NCBI GenBank assembly: GCA_964187785.1
Contig: OZ076409.1
Coordinates: forward strand, 22,632,001 to 22,696,000
Length of the DNA: 64,000 nucleotides
Source of the DNA: Amphiscolops sp. MND2022
Lineage: Eukaryota
Direction of reading: 5' to 3'
Shown: positions 1-13,000 of the stretch, one piece after another
Numbering within the stretch: the first letter of the stretch is position 1
Layout of the letters: every line of letters starts with the position of its first letter
Notes under the pieces: model-generated
Databases searched by the model: none
What the model was told of the DNA's origin: nothing
Seen by the model: the letters and a program-made list of their open reading frames with translations, nothing else
Made by a program: the position numbers and the translations under genes

Positions 1-947
1 ATTTTTGCTAATTACCTCATTCTATCACACGTTACAAAAACTGGAATTTCAATTTTTTTTGGATGAATCGAAATTAAAAGTCTATTCAAGAATTTCTGTA
101 ATTTCGCAATTTTCGCAATTAACGTTATTTCAAATCATGACTGAGAAAGAGCATGCTGCTCATCAATTCCATGTCCTTGAGAACCCGAGCAAGTTAAAAC
201 TATTGTCCTATATTATGAACCTAATTGCTCATATTATAATAGGAAATTATTGTCATATTCGTAATAAACACTTCAATTTTTAAAATTACAAAAAAATACT
301 TCTCTGTTCTCCCATATTTATATCAGACTAATATTCGCAACAAATGATTTATTACCTTTCTGTGACATACGCTGTAATTTTACTGGAAGGGAATCAAAAT
401 GTGATTACCGACTGAAGACCTGATGAAGAGAAATCTCAAGAAATTGCTTTTCACGCTCTTTGCTTTTGATGTTCCTTCTTTTTGACTAGCAAAATGAATA
501 GAAACCAAAACATACGCAATAAGCCCTGTACAAATTTGTGCGCGTCTTGTAAAAACGAATATGAAACGCACTTTTGCTCAACCAGTATTCTGACGAACTT
601 TTCACTGCATATGACGCAATTTAGCATAAAAGACAAGTGTCGAAAAAGTGGAATTCTTGGTTCGGATCATGGATGGGCATAATTCGCGGGTTTATATCGC
701 AAAATTCGCAGAAAATTAGTCTGAATTGCGCGCTAATAGTCGGACACTATCAAAATTCGCCGAAAATACATCTTCGAGAATTATTGAAAACAATGTTTCA
801 CGGAAGACAAGGTTCCGTTTTCCTTTAGTGTAAAATATATCATGAATTAAACTACAAAAACATCTTTTGCTACTTTCTGCTGTCAAATTTATTTTGTCAT
901 TGGTGAGTATTTTGTTGTAAAAACAGAAAAGTCTTTCCCATGCAGCC

Positions 948-3480
948 GAATGAATGAATGAATATTTAATTCATATTTGTTACCCCGTAGGGTTTACAAA
1001 ACTCAAACGTTCAAATTTACAGCGAACGCAGTCCGTGACCAATTTACAATACATACTGAGGTGCCTTAATTTTACGGTGCTTGTCGAGTTCGTCAGTTGG
1101 TCAAGTTTCAGCAGACTGGAGTTTCGCTGATAGCACTTGCATAGGTATTTTGCACGTATTTTGCACGTAAGTAAAACGTGGTACTAATCAGAATTCACTT
1201 GATTTTTACAGAGTGGACAATGCGTCTCTTTTACCCCTGTAAATTTTCCCTGACCTCTGTTATAGTCAGAGCAGCACATCGATATCTACTCAACTCAATT
1301 TTGTCTTTTTTCTTTAGGGTAAAAACATCTGGCTCTAATCGATATTTGTATTTATATGCAGCATACACTCTGCAGAGTGAGTTATTTTTAATTGATGTGA
1401 TTCACTGTTGTATTAACACATCCTGCAGCTTGTTCTTGGTATAATCTTTAAAGATAGCTTCATTACCATTTCCGACAAAATGATAAGCGCCGGGAATTCC
1501 CTATTCAATCAGTATTGTTTGAACATAAGGCAATAATTTTTCTGTATGGGAAGTTTTTTGTAGGTACTTGTAACTTAGGGACGAGAGTTTGTTTTTGTCG
1601 TCGCTCAACCTTTTCCGAAAACCCAAAATTCAGAGCTAAATATGATAATTTTTTCTTTCAGTTCTGCCTAATTCTCAGAAAATCATCGACTTTGGAAAAC
1701 TGTTCCGAACGTTTAAAAGCGTTCGCAAAATTTCCGGAATTGCAAGTTCATGACCAGTTGTTTCAGCTCTCAATTTGAATAATAGTTTTCTTGCTTTGTC
1801 AACGCTGTGTTTCATTGTTAGTTGAAAGGTATTGTTGTTTTTGAAATATACCCCTAAATACCTAAAACTGTCAATTTTTCTATTGGGCTGTTTTTTATAA
1901 ACATCACTGACTCTTTACGAACTTTTCCCCTGGAGCAGATCATATATATTGCTTTGGAACAGTTTATTCGAATGTTAAAATTACTGCAATATTGATATTC
2001 AGCATTTAATGCATTTTGCTTGTCTTCTTCACTTTCTGTCATAATAATGGTATCATCTGCATACAGAAGGACAAAGATTTCCTCCTCGCTGACATCCAGG
2101 TTGCTCTTCAGCAAATTCGATAAAAAAACTCAAAACATTACAATACTTTTTCAACTAGGCTTTGAAGTCATATACAAAAACTGTGAATTATAGTGGTGAT
2201 AAACTATCACCCTGCCTAACATCTAACTCTCATTTGAAAAAAAAACTAGAAAAACAGTTGCCCACTTTGACACATGTTTTTGGTTTTAAGTAGAGACCAC
2301 GTATGACCTTGAAAATTGTCCCATTGGTATTATGACCCTGTATTTTCATCCAAAAAATTGCGCGATCATCTAAAACGAATGCCTTTTCATAATCAAGAAA
2401 TGTGCCAAATACAAAGATAAAATTTTAGTCAAGGAGAACGTATGGTTCTCAAAGCCGTATCTTTTTCTAAAGCCAGCCTGTTCTGAACCAATTCTGTTCG
2501 TTAAATCTAATAGTGTTTGATCCTGGTACTTTTTATTGATGAGAAAATTTTTCCAATGCAAATAATCAACGAAATTCCACGGTAATTATTAGGGTCGGTC
2601 ATTGTTCCTTTCTTATGAATTGGACATATTTTAGTCAAAGCTCAATCATTGGAGAGGACTCCTGTACTTAAAACTAAGTTGAGAAAACTATTAAGTACTT
2701 CAAGGAGGAACCGAGGGATATGTTTCAGAAATTCCGGGTAAATACTATCTTGACCAGCTGATTTACCGCATTTAAGATTTTGCAGAGATTCTCGCACCTC
2801 TTCATAATTAAAAGTTCTATTCAATTTAACATTGATGTTTCCTTCTGGAAAATCTACTTCATCAACACAAAAGTTCCACGGTAGCAAATGCAAATGTTGG
2901 AAGTGTTCAGAGAAAGTTTTAATATCTAATTGTGGAAGGGGACTTTTCCTTTTCAAACTGCTTTTTACCGACCAGTTTTCTTTGGAGTTTTTTGATCGAA
3001 GTCTCAATAGTTTTTCATTGAAGCTTTTCAAGAACGTTTTCTTTTTCAGGATTATGAAGTGTTTGCAACGTTTTAGAGCTGCTTTTTTCGGTTATGCTTC
3101 CCGAGTTCCTACACTTACTTCTATATTCAGTCTTTCTTGCGTGGTTTTTTCTGGACACTCGACAAGTGGTATGTAAAACATACGATGTTTCTGCAGAGTT
3201 AAAAATTATTCGTCTTAATTCTCAATCAATTTCATCGATTTCAGACAACGTTGCATTTAAGTTTTGCAGCAAATTTCAAATGTTACTAAGGTCTTGATTT
3301 CCTAGTGAGTTCAAAAAACTGCGGTTTTAACACATCATTCTAAACTTTTTTCATCCCAACAAAATATTCATTGTTTTCAATAACTTCCACATCTACAGCC
3401 GTTAAGATTTTAACTTTCAGCCCGCAGTGGACACCTGATATACTTGGGCAATTATATAATCTACAACACCCTTTTGTGGT
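948..3480 (-). mobile_element. Degraded LINE (APE + RT non-LTR retrotransposon, CR1/L2-group-like)
   Basis: Frameshifted minus-strand fragments with RT motifs (KSAGQDSIYPEFLK, EQAGFRK, RQGDSLSPL, LLYADD); (ATTC)n tail and A-rich signal at ~948-970. Boundaries approximate. Confidence 0.85.
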
Positions 3481-3574
3481 TCACTCCCTTGATCAAATGA
3501 CGTGTTATTTTACACCTATATCTTCCAGAATATTTGCGATGCAGTAAAAATTCTTCCTTCAAAAGGTACCCGAG

Positions 3575-3870
3575 GCCTTTGCACACGTTCTAGTGCTTGA
3601 ATGTTCAACCAAAGCAGCCATCATTACATCCCTTTGTTGTGAAAGCATTTGGTCGGTTGAGTTTGAAATCCCATTTCCAGTCAGTTGGCTCCTGATATCT
3701 ACGGAACCATTCGAGTTAATGTAACGATCGGTGGATACTTTTTCATTATACACTTTCGGGGCCTTCTCATGAACCAACCTTACCTTCATTGTGGATAACT
3801 GTGCAATTTTTGACGAAAAGTGTTTCTTGATCAAATGCGACTTCTTAGTCTATTTGGTTTTCTAAGGCAT
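3575..3870 (-). repeat. Interspersed repeat, inverted copy of ~22236-22500
   Basis: Shared sequence; both copies translate to [11 protein letters not shown] and K(K/E)HFSSK. Confidence 0.55.
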
Positions 3871-5823
3871 TCGAGTGTATTAGTGTTTTGCAGATGCTCT
3901 GTTGGTCTAAATTGTATTCCGGTACTGTGTTATATTATCAAGCCCCCTATTTTCTTTTTCAATTGATTTGTGTCCTGAAAATATTTGTTGTGAACGTACA
4001 TTTTTCGCATGCCTTGCGCCAAGCACCTTAGCGCCTTCTTTAAGTCGAGCGACCAAAATAGGATTTTTTTGGGGGAAAAATCAGAAAATCCCCAGTCAGT
4101 TTTGACTGCGGTGCTTTGAGTTTTAATCATTTTCAAGGGCGTTGTATACGCCCAGACAGCATACTTCTTAATACAAAATCGATCAATTGAATTTGCTTGA
4201 GCAATGTATTTTTACTGACTACACTTAAAAGAGATTTGGACTTCAATTTACATATATTTTTTTGGAAAACACTGTAGAATTTTTCAAACACTGTTACAAG
4301 ACGCCTTAGGCAAATTGGGAGAACTCAGGAGTTGGTACGAGGCTCAGAATTGTGAGAACAAAATGTGTACGAAAAAGTTTCTTGACAGTGTATTCGCAGT
4401 TGTATTTTCGAAAGTCACACAGTGCCGAAAAATCTTCAGGCGGGACTTTTTGTCCCAAATAGTTCTGAGGATACGATAAATCGTATAAAAATCTCAACGA
4501 GAGTACCCTTTAGCCCCCTAAGATTCCTTGGGTACCGTTTACAACTTAGTTGTAAAGTCTGTAAAAAGTGGATCATTCAGGTTTCAGGTCTTGTCAGGTT
4601 TGTGGTCTGGAGAAAAGAATATATGATCGTACGGCTCGGGCATTTTGTTACAAAAAGCACCCACTGAAATCTCTTTGATTTAATTTCAAATTCAAAGAAA
4701 AATAGGATCAATAATTTTAAACTGGTCAGATCCGATCATCGGCGCTCTCATTTTTGAAAATGGTTCCGATTCTATTTCAAATTTCAGGATATGGCGATAT
4801 CATAATATACCATTTATTAGATAACATTTCTATCAAAGTTCAATTTAAAAAGATACAAAAGTTAGTCTCAAATCCCCTTCTAGTTCCTGACAAGATGTGA
4901 TTTATTTCTGTATTGGCTCGATTAGACTGGTTTCAACAGGACAAGAAATATTTCAGATACAACAGCGAAAAATTGAAAATTGAGCATTTTTTTCAATTTA
5001 TCGGTAATCTTTTGTTTCAGTTTTCAATTTGGAAACATGTCGAACTCACATACTTTTGCTTCAAAACATTGCACCCTAACCAATAAGCCATATAGCACTG
5101 GAAATTCGAAAAATAAATAGTTCGTGCGGAATTTGAGCCCTCGGACTCATGCTCTCAAACCTCACACTCTAACCTCTAGGCCAACAAACAAGTATTTTCT
5201 AACGTTCCAGTAGTTTCAGACAAAAACCGTGGGCAAAAATTCAAAAAATCAATAATCGATCTAGAACTAAAGTTTACAATATTTCTTCTTGAACAAAAAA
5301 CAATGCATTCGCTTGAGACACCACAAATTGTTGATTGTAAAAGGTTTCAAAGTTTTGGAACAATTTGGTGAAACAGTTTGGTAAAAGCTAATAGATTTGT
5401 CAACGTTTGCGTTAATTGACTGATATTTTCTACTTTATCCATATTAGATCTTTTTGAGGAAACAATTTTTCTATAAGAGGACCATATATGATCATAGAAT
5501 AGGGAACGCGTTTTTTAGAAAAGAATTAAATCATATAGTATGGCTTGAATGAATTGATATTTTTCTATGGTCGTTGGATGGCACAACCGAATTTATACAT
5601 TACCACACATAACATTGTATGATGTACATGTTCAATATAAGGAGGTCAATCTGGCTTACATTGTTGCACTTCCCTTGCAATTGTTACCAGGAACAACTTT
5701 CAGAGACGACTTTATTTAGAGGTCAAGATATGATTATATTCAAACCTTGTGTGAATATGGGAAGATAATGATTTTGTAGTCAAATGCCAAACCTTTTGAT
5801 GATGGAACTATTTGTTATTTCAG

Positions 5824-6224
5824 AACTCGTCGAACTTTGTCTGATGCTTTCGGGGAAATGTTCTTTTTCGGACCTGTGCGACGAACCTTGGGGGACATAA
5901 CAACCCAGCACAAAGATTATCCACTATTTGCGTACGTCTTTGACTACACAACAGATACCAGAGGAAAAGATGTTCTAAGTTCCTCGTATTTGCCTCTTGG
6001 GCTTGGAAAGTGCCACGGTTTTGATATAGCGTTTTTCTTCAACCAACTCGGACAAAATTCTCCTTATGTCGACAACGTAACCGAGGCCGACATTCGAGTG
6101 AACTCAGCAATGGCTGAAATGGTAGAAACTTTCATGACTCAAGATGTTGATAGCATCAACCTCGAGAGGTACTCTGCCGAGTCACAAAAGGTCAATACAG
6201 TCACCAAAGATGGAATTGCTACAG
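5824..6224 (+). CDS. 3' exon of a type-B carboxylesterase/cholinesterase-like protein (upstream exons not identified, probably outside the window)
   Basis: Acceptor ttatttcag at 5823. Translation ..LSDAFGEMFFFGP..LFAYVFDY..GKCHGFDIAFFF.. matches the COesterase Y-x-F-x-Y segment and catalytic-His motif (cf. GVPHGYEI). Candidate donor acag|gttgtt at 6224; the ORF runs on to 6319 if unspliced. Confidence 0.75.
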
Positions 6225-8273
6225 GTTGTTTCGATTTCAAAAACTCTGTACAACACTTTCCTATGCCGAAGCTTGTCTTTAGTTCTCTGTTACTGAAACT
6301 GTTTCCTAATAAACTCTGAATATCAGGAAATTCCAAATCGGAATAATAACAAAACCTGGATTTGACGGAAGGAAGAAATTTTTCAATTTCTCATGCACCA
6401 GTAAATTACGTAAAAATGACAAAAATGAAATGGTCACCTTGATAATAACTCCAGAGTCTTCTTCTATTATGATGAGCTGATTCTGCCAAGTAATCACCGG
6501 ACACTATATGTCCCTTTTGTCAGTATATGCTCTAACCCATATTACAAACAAACTTATTAAGGATTCCAATTTCTATAACAATAGTTTACTCAATATCGAT
6601 GTTATATTGCATATATATTTTATACTATGACTGAAGATCAATTTTACAAACAAAACCTAATTTCATTACTTTAAACCTAGGTCGAAAACAAGAAACCCGA
6701 ATAACGACGAGATTTTTTTCCATTTCTTCAACGTTTGCAAACGTTTTGTCAAAAATGCAAAAAAAAATTGTCGATTTGGAAAAAGTGCTAAATACCAAAA
6801 AATTTTCACATACAGACATATCATGTTTCAAGATACCTTGAACTCCAATTTCAAACTAGTGTAACTTAGGAGTCAATAGAAATGCTCAAGATAATTATTT
6901 TTGATCATTTGAAAGAAGTCAAAACTGAATGCTTGAAAAATCAAGGCACAAATTTTTTTACCTCCCCCTAGCAGTAGGTTCTCTGACCATCTGAATCACC
7001 GCTGTGCAAAATTATGAAACTACACAAGCCCTCCAATAATATTGGTAGCAGATAACTTAAATTTTAAACAAGTTGAGCAAAAAAATTTTATCCCACGAAA
7101 AAGGAATCGTATCATGACAAGGCCTATCAGTGCTTTATAGAACATACGTTGGCTTTGATAACTTCTATTCGTTAAAGAATTGAATCAAATAAAGACTTGA
7201 TGTATTCGTTAGGAATTGGCTAAAATATTATATTTAAGTCCGGCGAGTTGGCTGGCCAGTCTGGTATTATGGCTACGCCCTCATCTTCAAAATATTGCAC
7301 AAGAGCTCCAGATTTATGGCAAAAGGCGTTTCCTTGCTGCAATAAATGGTCGTCATCCAAAAGTGGTAGCATTTTGTGACGCAAAATTTCAATGTGATTC
7401 TCCCCAGATATATATTTTTAGAATTTAACCAAAATTTGAGGCCCGTATACCCTATAACGCCTTACATAAAATTTGAATTTTGTTTTCCTGGCGCCTTTGA
7501 AACCACATATTTTGACTGCGAACAATATTTTCACCCTCTAGTGCGGCGCAAAAAGTGAACACGACTGCCTCTAAGTTCTAACTTGCTCTCATTGGTGTAA
7601 ATCGTTTTTTTTTGCTAATCTTGAGCTCTTTTGTGCGTTTCTGCTTACACCAGGCCAAACAGCTCCATCTGAAAGAATTTTTCCGTCACTTTGCGCAGCA
7701 CATAAATGGAAGGCTGAAATACTATCAACACCGTTTTTATCATGTTTTTAAAATTTCGTTTGGTATAAAGCGTATTGGACAAGCATATTAGGCATCGCAA
7801 CTCTCCATGTCCAAACTGCTTGAACCATATCATGAATTTAGGCAATTCGAAGCCTCGAGCTTTGCTGGTTTTTTCAAAAAGCAGTTCTTCATTAGATAAA
7901 GCTAAAAGTCATCATGTTTATCACCATTCTAATGGAAAATAATGTCTTTATTCGCATTCAAAACTACAAACAATCATTTTCAGCCTGCCATTTGAGAAAC
8001 GGTGATATCGGATAAGTAGAGAAATTGAAGGGTAAAAACGTGATCATGTCGGTAACAAAGCTAATTTGGTTATAATTTTACTTTCAAATGTTGAATCTAC
8101 AGTTTAATCCCACAAGATTTGCCGTTGGAATCTGAAATTTTCAAGTTTTAATGGAAAAACATGTGCATGTTTCGACCAGGGACGCATTTTAAATTGGAAA
8201 AAAAACATTCTGTTCGAATAAAACGTAACTGTTACCAAGAAACTATGCTGAAACGTCATTTAGGTTTTACAAC

Positions 8274-8868
8274 CAGAGCCGCAAGTGCAATAAAGAAGGC
8301 GGTAACGGATTTAAGATGGGAAAACAAATTACATATTCTATTGTCATTTTTAAAACTTTTGCTATATATCTTAGATCCCAGTCATACGATTTTGATGTCA
8401 TTTCACAGATAGGACCCTAATATTGTGTAGAATGTAGTAAAAAAATTTCGTTCGAATCGTATGGATTGCTTGAGAAAATCGAAGAAGTCCAAAAATTGTC
8501 TTTTTTGGACTAATTTGACTATGCTTCTCAAATCCCAGTCATACGATTTTTTGTCATTGCACACATAGGACCCTAATATTGCGTGGAAAGGTTGTAAAAG
8601 AATTTCGTTCGAATCGTATGGACTGTTTTTGAGAAAATCGATAAGACCTTAAAAAGCTGTTTTTTTTTGGTCATTTTGGATTAATTTTCATTTCTTTCTT
8701 AGATTCCAGTCATACGATTTTGATGTCATTGTGTACGTAGGAGTACCAATGGGTATAGAATGACTGTGGTAAATTTTATGATAAGTTTTTGAGAAATTTT
8801 CATTGAAAGGTCGGGAGAAAAAAGGTACGATTGGATAAGTAGTCAAAAATTTTTTCACTCCTAAAAAC
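8274..8868 (-). mobile_element. Non-autonomous Helentron/DINE-1-like repeat with internal tandem units
   Basis: Same family as 10350-10696 and 20417-20895; TTCGTTCGAATCGTATG units. Confidence 0.55.
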
Positions 8869-9171
8869 AATGAGAATTGAAACAGTTTCCATTATGGTTT
8901 ACAGACTGTGACTTTTAAACTGGTCGCTTTCAATTAACCAAAAAATATTTTCCTGCAGTTGCGGGAAATTGGTAAAAGCAAATTGCTTATTTACGTTGCT
9001 TACAAAGTTAGACGAGACCAAGGGCCTTTTTTCGACACTGAGCAACTTTTGGAAATTAATTCCACCAAAGGGTAAATTTGATTTTTGAGGTTTTCAAGAG
9101 GAAAAATGCGGTTTTGTTATCTCAAGGGCCAATCAATCCAGGCCCAGGCTTGTTGGACGCTCTCTCTCAAT

Positions 9172-9350
9172 TAGGGGCGGTTTTAGGGGGCATGCGCCTT
9201 TTTTGAAAAAATATAGTGCCATTGCTCAATGAGGGGGCCCTTCTAGGTTTCACTATAATTTTAAATATGTAAGATATAGGCGCTATTCTAAGCAAAAGCC
9301 GTTTTCACACAATCAGCATCTCCCTTAAAAATATTCTAAAACCGCCACTG
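9172..9350. mobile_element. hAT-type MITE
   Basis: TIRs TAGGGGCGGTTTTAG / CTAAAACCGCCACTG; perfect 8-bp TSD CTCTCAAT at 9164-9171 and 9351-9358. Confidence 0.85.
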
Positions 9351-9869
9351 CTCTCAATGACTATGTGCAGCAAAGATCTCATACTCCCACTGAAGGCGTT
9401 CTAACAATTGGCTACGCCACATGCTGATTCAATTTTGGAAAATTAATCGAGTGATAATTTTTGTTGTCAAAATTTCAATGTAAAATTAAACTAAAATTAA
9501 AAATTTTTTACAAATGGATGATCGAATATTCAGAATTCAATTCTATTATGAAATAATTTGTATCTGATATAGAAACAGAAAATAATGCAAACAATAAATC
9601 AGGATCTTTGCCTATGCTCAGAAATAGATTCATACAGCGATTAAGAGTCATTCACTTTTCAAAGCAACCAACTTCTATGGCTAATGGACCAAATCGGGAA
9701 GAATTAGCTCGCCTATTAATGGCAGCTTCAACTATAATTACATTAAAAAGTAGATACCTCGAACGCACAAAAGAATTAGTGACTATTTTCATCGCTGTGA
9801 GAAGGCCGATAAATAAAAGATAGGAACAAAACCGGAGTTCCTTCCACCCGATGAGGGCGAGGAGCTATT

Positions 9870-10013
9870 CTAGGATAGAAACGAGAAGTTCTCAAACAGT
9901 TTCTGATGAGCTGAGTCGGGAATCTGGTCGTCACTAGTCGGAGTCATGTTCACTTTCTCTCGGGTGAACTGATCCTCGAAGTTGGAAGTGTCAAACAAAT
10001 CATTTTTGTTTCC
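9870..10013 (-). CDS. PRKCD: PKC last coding exon (AGC C-tail)
   Basis: gtttcag acceptor; [34 protein letters not shown]. Confidence 0.9.
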   Translation of the reverse strand, partial: GNKNDLFDTSNFEDQFTREKVNMTPTSDDQIPDSAHQKLFENFSFLS

Positions 10014-13000
10014 CTGAAACTATTATACGTGAGCAAAACATGGTTTAGAATGGGAACAAGAACATGATTAGAATGAATAGCAAAGAGCTGAAAACAGTTT
10101 CCCAGTTTCCCACTATTAAAACGCTTTATTGAGATCATTTATCAATGGATGGGTATGATTGATTATTCTGAACGTCGGAAACTTTGACCTCGCAAATAAA
10201 AAAAGCAAGCATTCCAAGTTGGGAAAACCGAAATTTGCCTAACCTTTTCGCACTATTAGCAACCGCAAAATTTGAAAGTGAATAATGATAGTTTTCATCA
10301 AATGCATTGAAACAGCGTTCAGAAAATAGCAAACGCCAGAAATTGGAAACCAGAGCCGCATATGCGGTAAAGGAGTCGGCTTAAGTCTTTTTCCTTCTGA
10401 CTCGCTTTCGTTCGAATCGTATGAACAGTTTGTGAGAAAATCGAAAAAATCGAAAAATGACTGTTTTTTTTGGACATTTTTGGGCTAATTTTGGCTATGT
10501 TTCTCACATCCCAGCCATACGATTTTGATGCCTTTGCACACGCAGGGGCCCTTTTGGGTGTAGAATGACTGTGCAAAATTTCGTGAAAATCGTATGGACA
10601 GTTTTTGAGAAATTTGAAATTTTCATGAAAAGGTCGGGAGAAAAAAAACAGCACGATTGCATAAGTAGTCGAAAATTTTTTCCGACTCCTAAAAATCTTA
10701 CATGTGTAGAAAAAAAATGTACAAATAGTTCGAAGCATGAGTTTTCGATTTTCTTAAAGCTTTCAAAATTACTAAAGTAAATTACTAAAATATACTCCAA
10801 TTTTAGTTTTAATCGAAATGTTTCAGGTAATGTGAGGAATAATTTTGGCACACTGATTTCAAAAGGTTCCAGAAACATACAAAATATTATAAGAAATTCA
10901 TGATTGTGAACTTCAATAGTTTTCTAGTCGAAAATTTCCATAAGATTCCGTCAAAGTGATACAAAAACCGATACAAAACATGCTCGCAGAACACTTGAAT
11001 TAATTTTCAACTTGGAAAATCTAGTACTCGTAGTAAAATTGAATTTCAATCCTCCATTTGCCTGATTTCAGAGCATTCTTTACAAAGTGAAGCTATTCAC
11101 GAATGGCTTCATTAATTCTGTATAGCTCAGACTTGTTTCTCCTCTTGCAGCAACAATGTTTTCAATAAATGCCGCATATTTTCTTTAACCACGGCTGTTT
11201 ACTCCAAATCAAAGGTGAAACTTGACCCATAGTGGCTGTATTCATGAGTCATTGCTTTGAATAGACCGTGACAAAGAAGACAACTCGTAGCAATTCAGTC
11301 AATGGCCGAAACACAATTCTTTATATAAACACATTGGAGAGTTTAAGGCACAGCTTCACAAGGGCTTTAATGCTTTCAAAAGAATTAAACGGCAGTCCTT
11401 GAAGGAAGGACCCTCGATTACCTCGGCGGTCAAACATTAAAATTCCAGATTCTTTTTGCTATTTCTGTCAGTGAATTTTGACCCCCTTACTCTCAGTTAC
11501 TGGCGGACTTATACGCAGAGGCGAAGCCGTGCCTCGCAAACACTTGCGAACTTTTGAAGAAAACCAAATAAGCAATATCATACGGAGAACCAATGGTAAA
11601 AGGACATTGTTAAAATTTCATCAATTTTACAGCGCCAAAAAATACCCGAAGGGATACGCATAAGTCTCGAAAACCACTATTCCCCAACTGGAAACAGCAA
11701 AAAACCCATGTTTCTCAGCGGAAAACCTTTAAAAAAAACAGAAAATTGAGGAAAAAATCTATAAAAAGTCTCCGTTAAGTCGCACAGTGCCCAAAACCTT
11801 GAGGAGTCCTTAACCTTAAGTTGGCCAGGAAAAATCTGGTTCCATCCAAAAAACGGGTGCTTCAACTTTAAACCGCAATATCTCCTGAACTATACAAGTC
11901 CGACAAACGATTTATACAGCGTTCGAAAGAGGAGCATTGGGGCTTTCAAATCAATTTATAAACTGCTATGCTTGGGGCCCGCTAGCGCGGGCCCCTTGCG
12001 TGCAAAGTTTTTTGCGCGAAGTTCTTCGCTGGCGTGCGGATTCGCCGCACTGGCTCCGAACTTTGCGCCAAAACTTTGCACGCGTCGTGTCTCTGCTTGC
12101 TTTTCAGCATGTTTCAAAACATGCTGGGGCCGCTTTGACCCAATGTTGATACCAGTGGGATAAAAGGGGCACAAACGAAAACTGGGAAAACGGGAAAATC
12201 TGCACTTTTTTTGATTTTTTCGCCTCATTTTCTGGATTTTGGAGACATCACGTCAATTTTCCGTGAAAAGGCGCCGAATGCTATGCAATATTGTCTGAAA
12301 CTCTAATTAAAGGGTTTGCTTTACCATACAATCAGCTGGTGCATTAAGAATTTGCAGAAACTAAATGTGCCAAATTTGGCACATTGGCCAAGTTAAGGTT
12401 AACTCTCGCAAAACGTTTCGTTTCTTGTAAAAATTGAGGAGGGGCTTCGGTGAAAACAAATTTTTAAAAAATCGCAGAGAAAAAACACCTCAATAGAAAT
12501 CGGATAAAGCGTGCTGGGCCTGAAAAAACCAACCTAATTTTAAGACGAAAATTATTCCTTTTGAAAAATCTCACAATGCCGAAAACTGTGAAAGGGGGAT
12601 TTGGAATTTTTTAACATTCGTTCTGTTGCAAAATATCAAACAAATTGAAGGGAGGGCCCAGTAAAAACACCGCAATAGAAATCGGATAAAGCGTGCTGGG
12701 CCTGAAAAAACCAACCTAATTTTAAGACGAAAATTATTCCTTATCGCAAGCGTAATAACCACTGTTGGCATACGCAGAAACTACTTCTACTTTTTAAAAT
12801 AACTGATGCAACTTGACATTCCGTTTACAAAATAAGAAAAGTTTTTGTCACTAACTGAGGGGAATACATTTCATGGGGTGAGGAAGAGCAAAAGGCCAAA
12901 GATCCGACTTAGCTAAGATAGGTTGCGTTTTCAAAAGTTTTGTTTATATAATAGAAGTTGATACCTTGAGATGGAAATTGTGAGGCGGGGCTATTCTCTT

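Noticed and set aside
10319..10878. Overlapping 124-139 aa ORFs
   Set aside because: They lie in a non-coding repeat family and have no recognisable domain.
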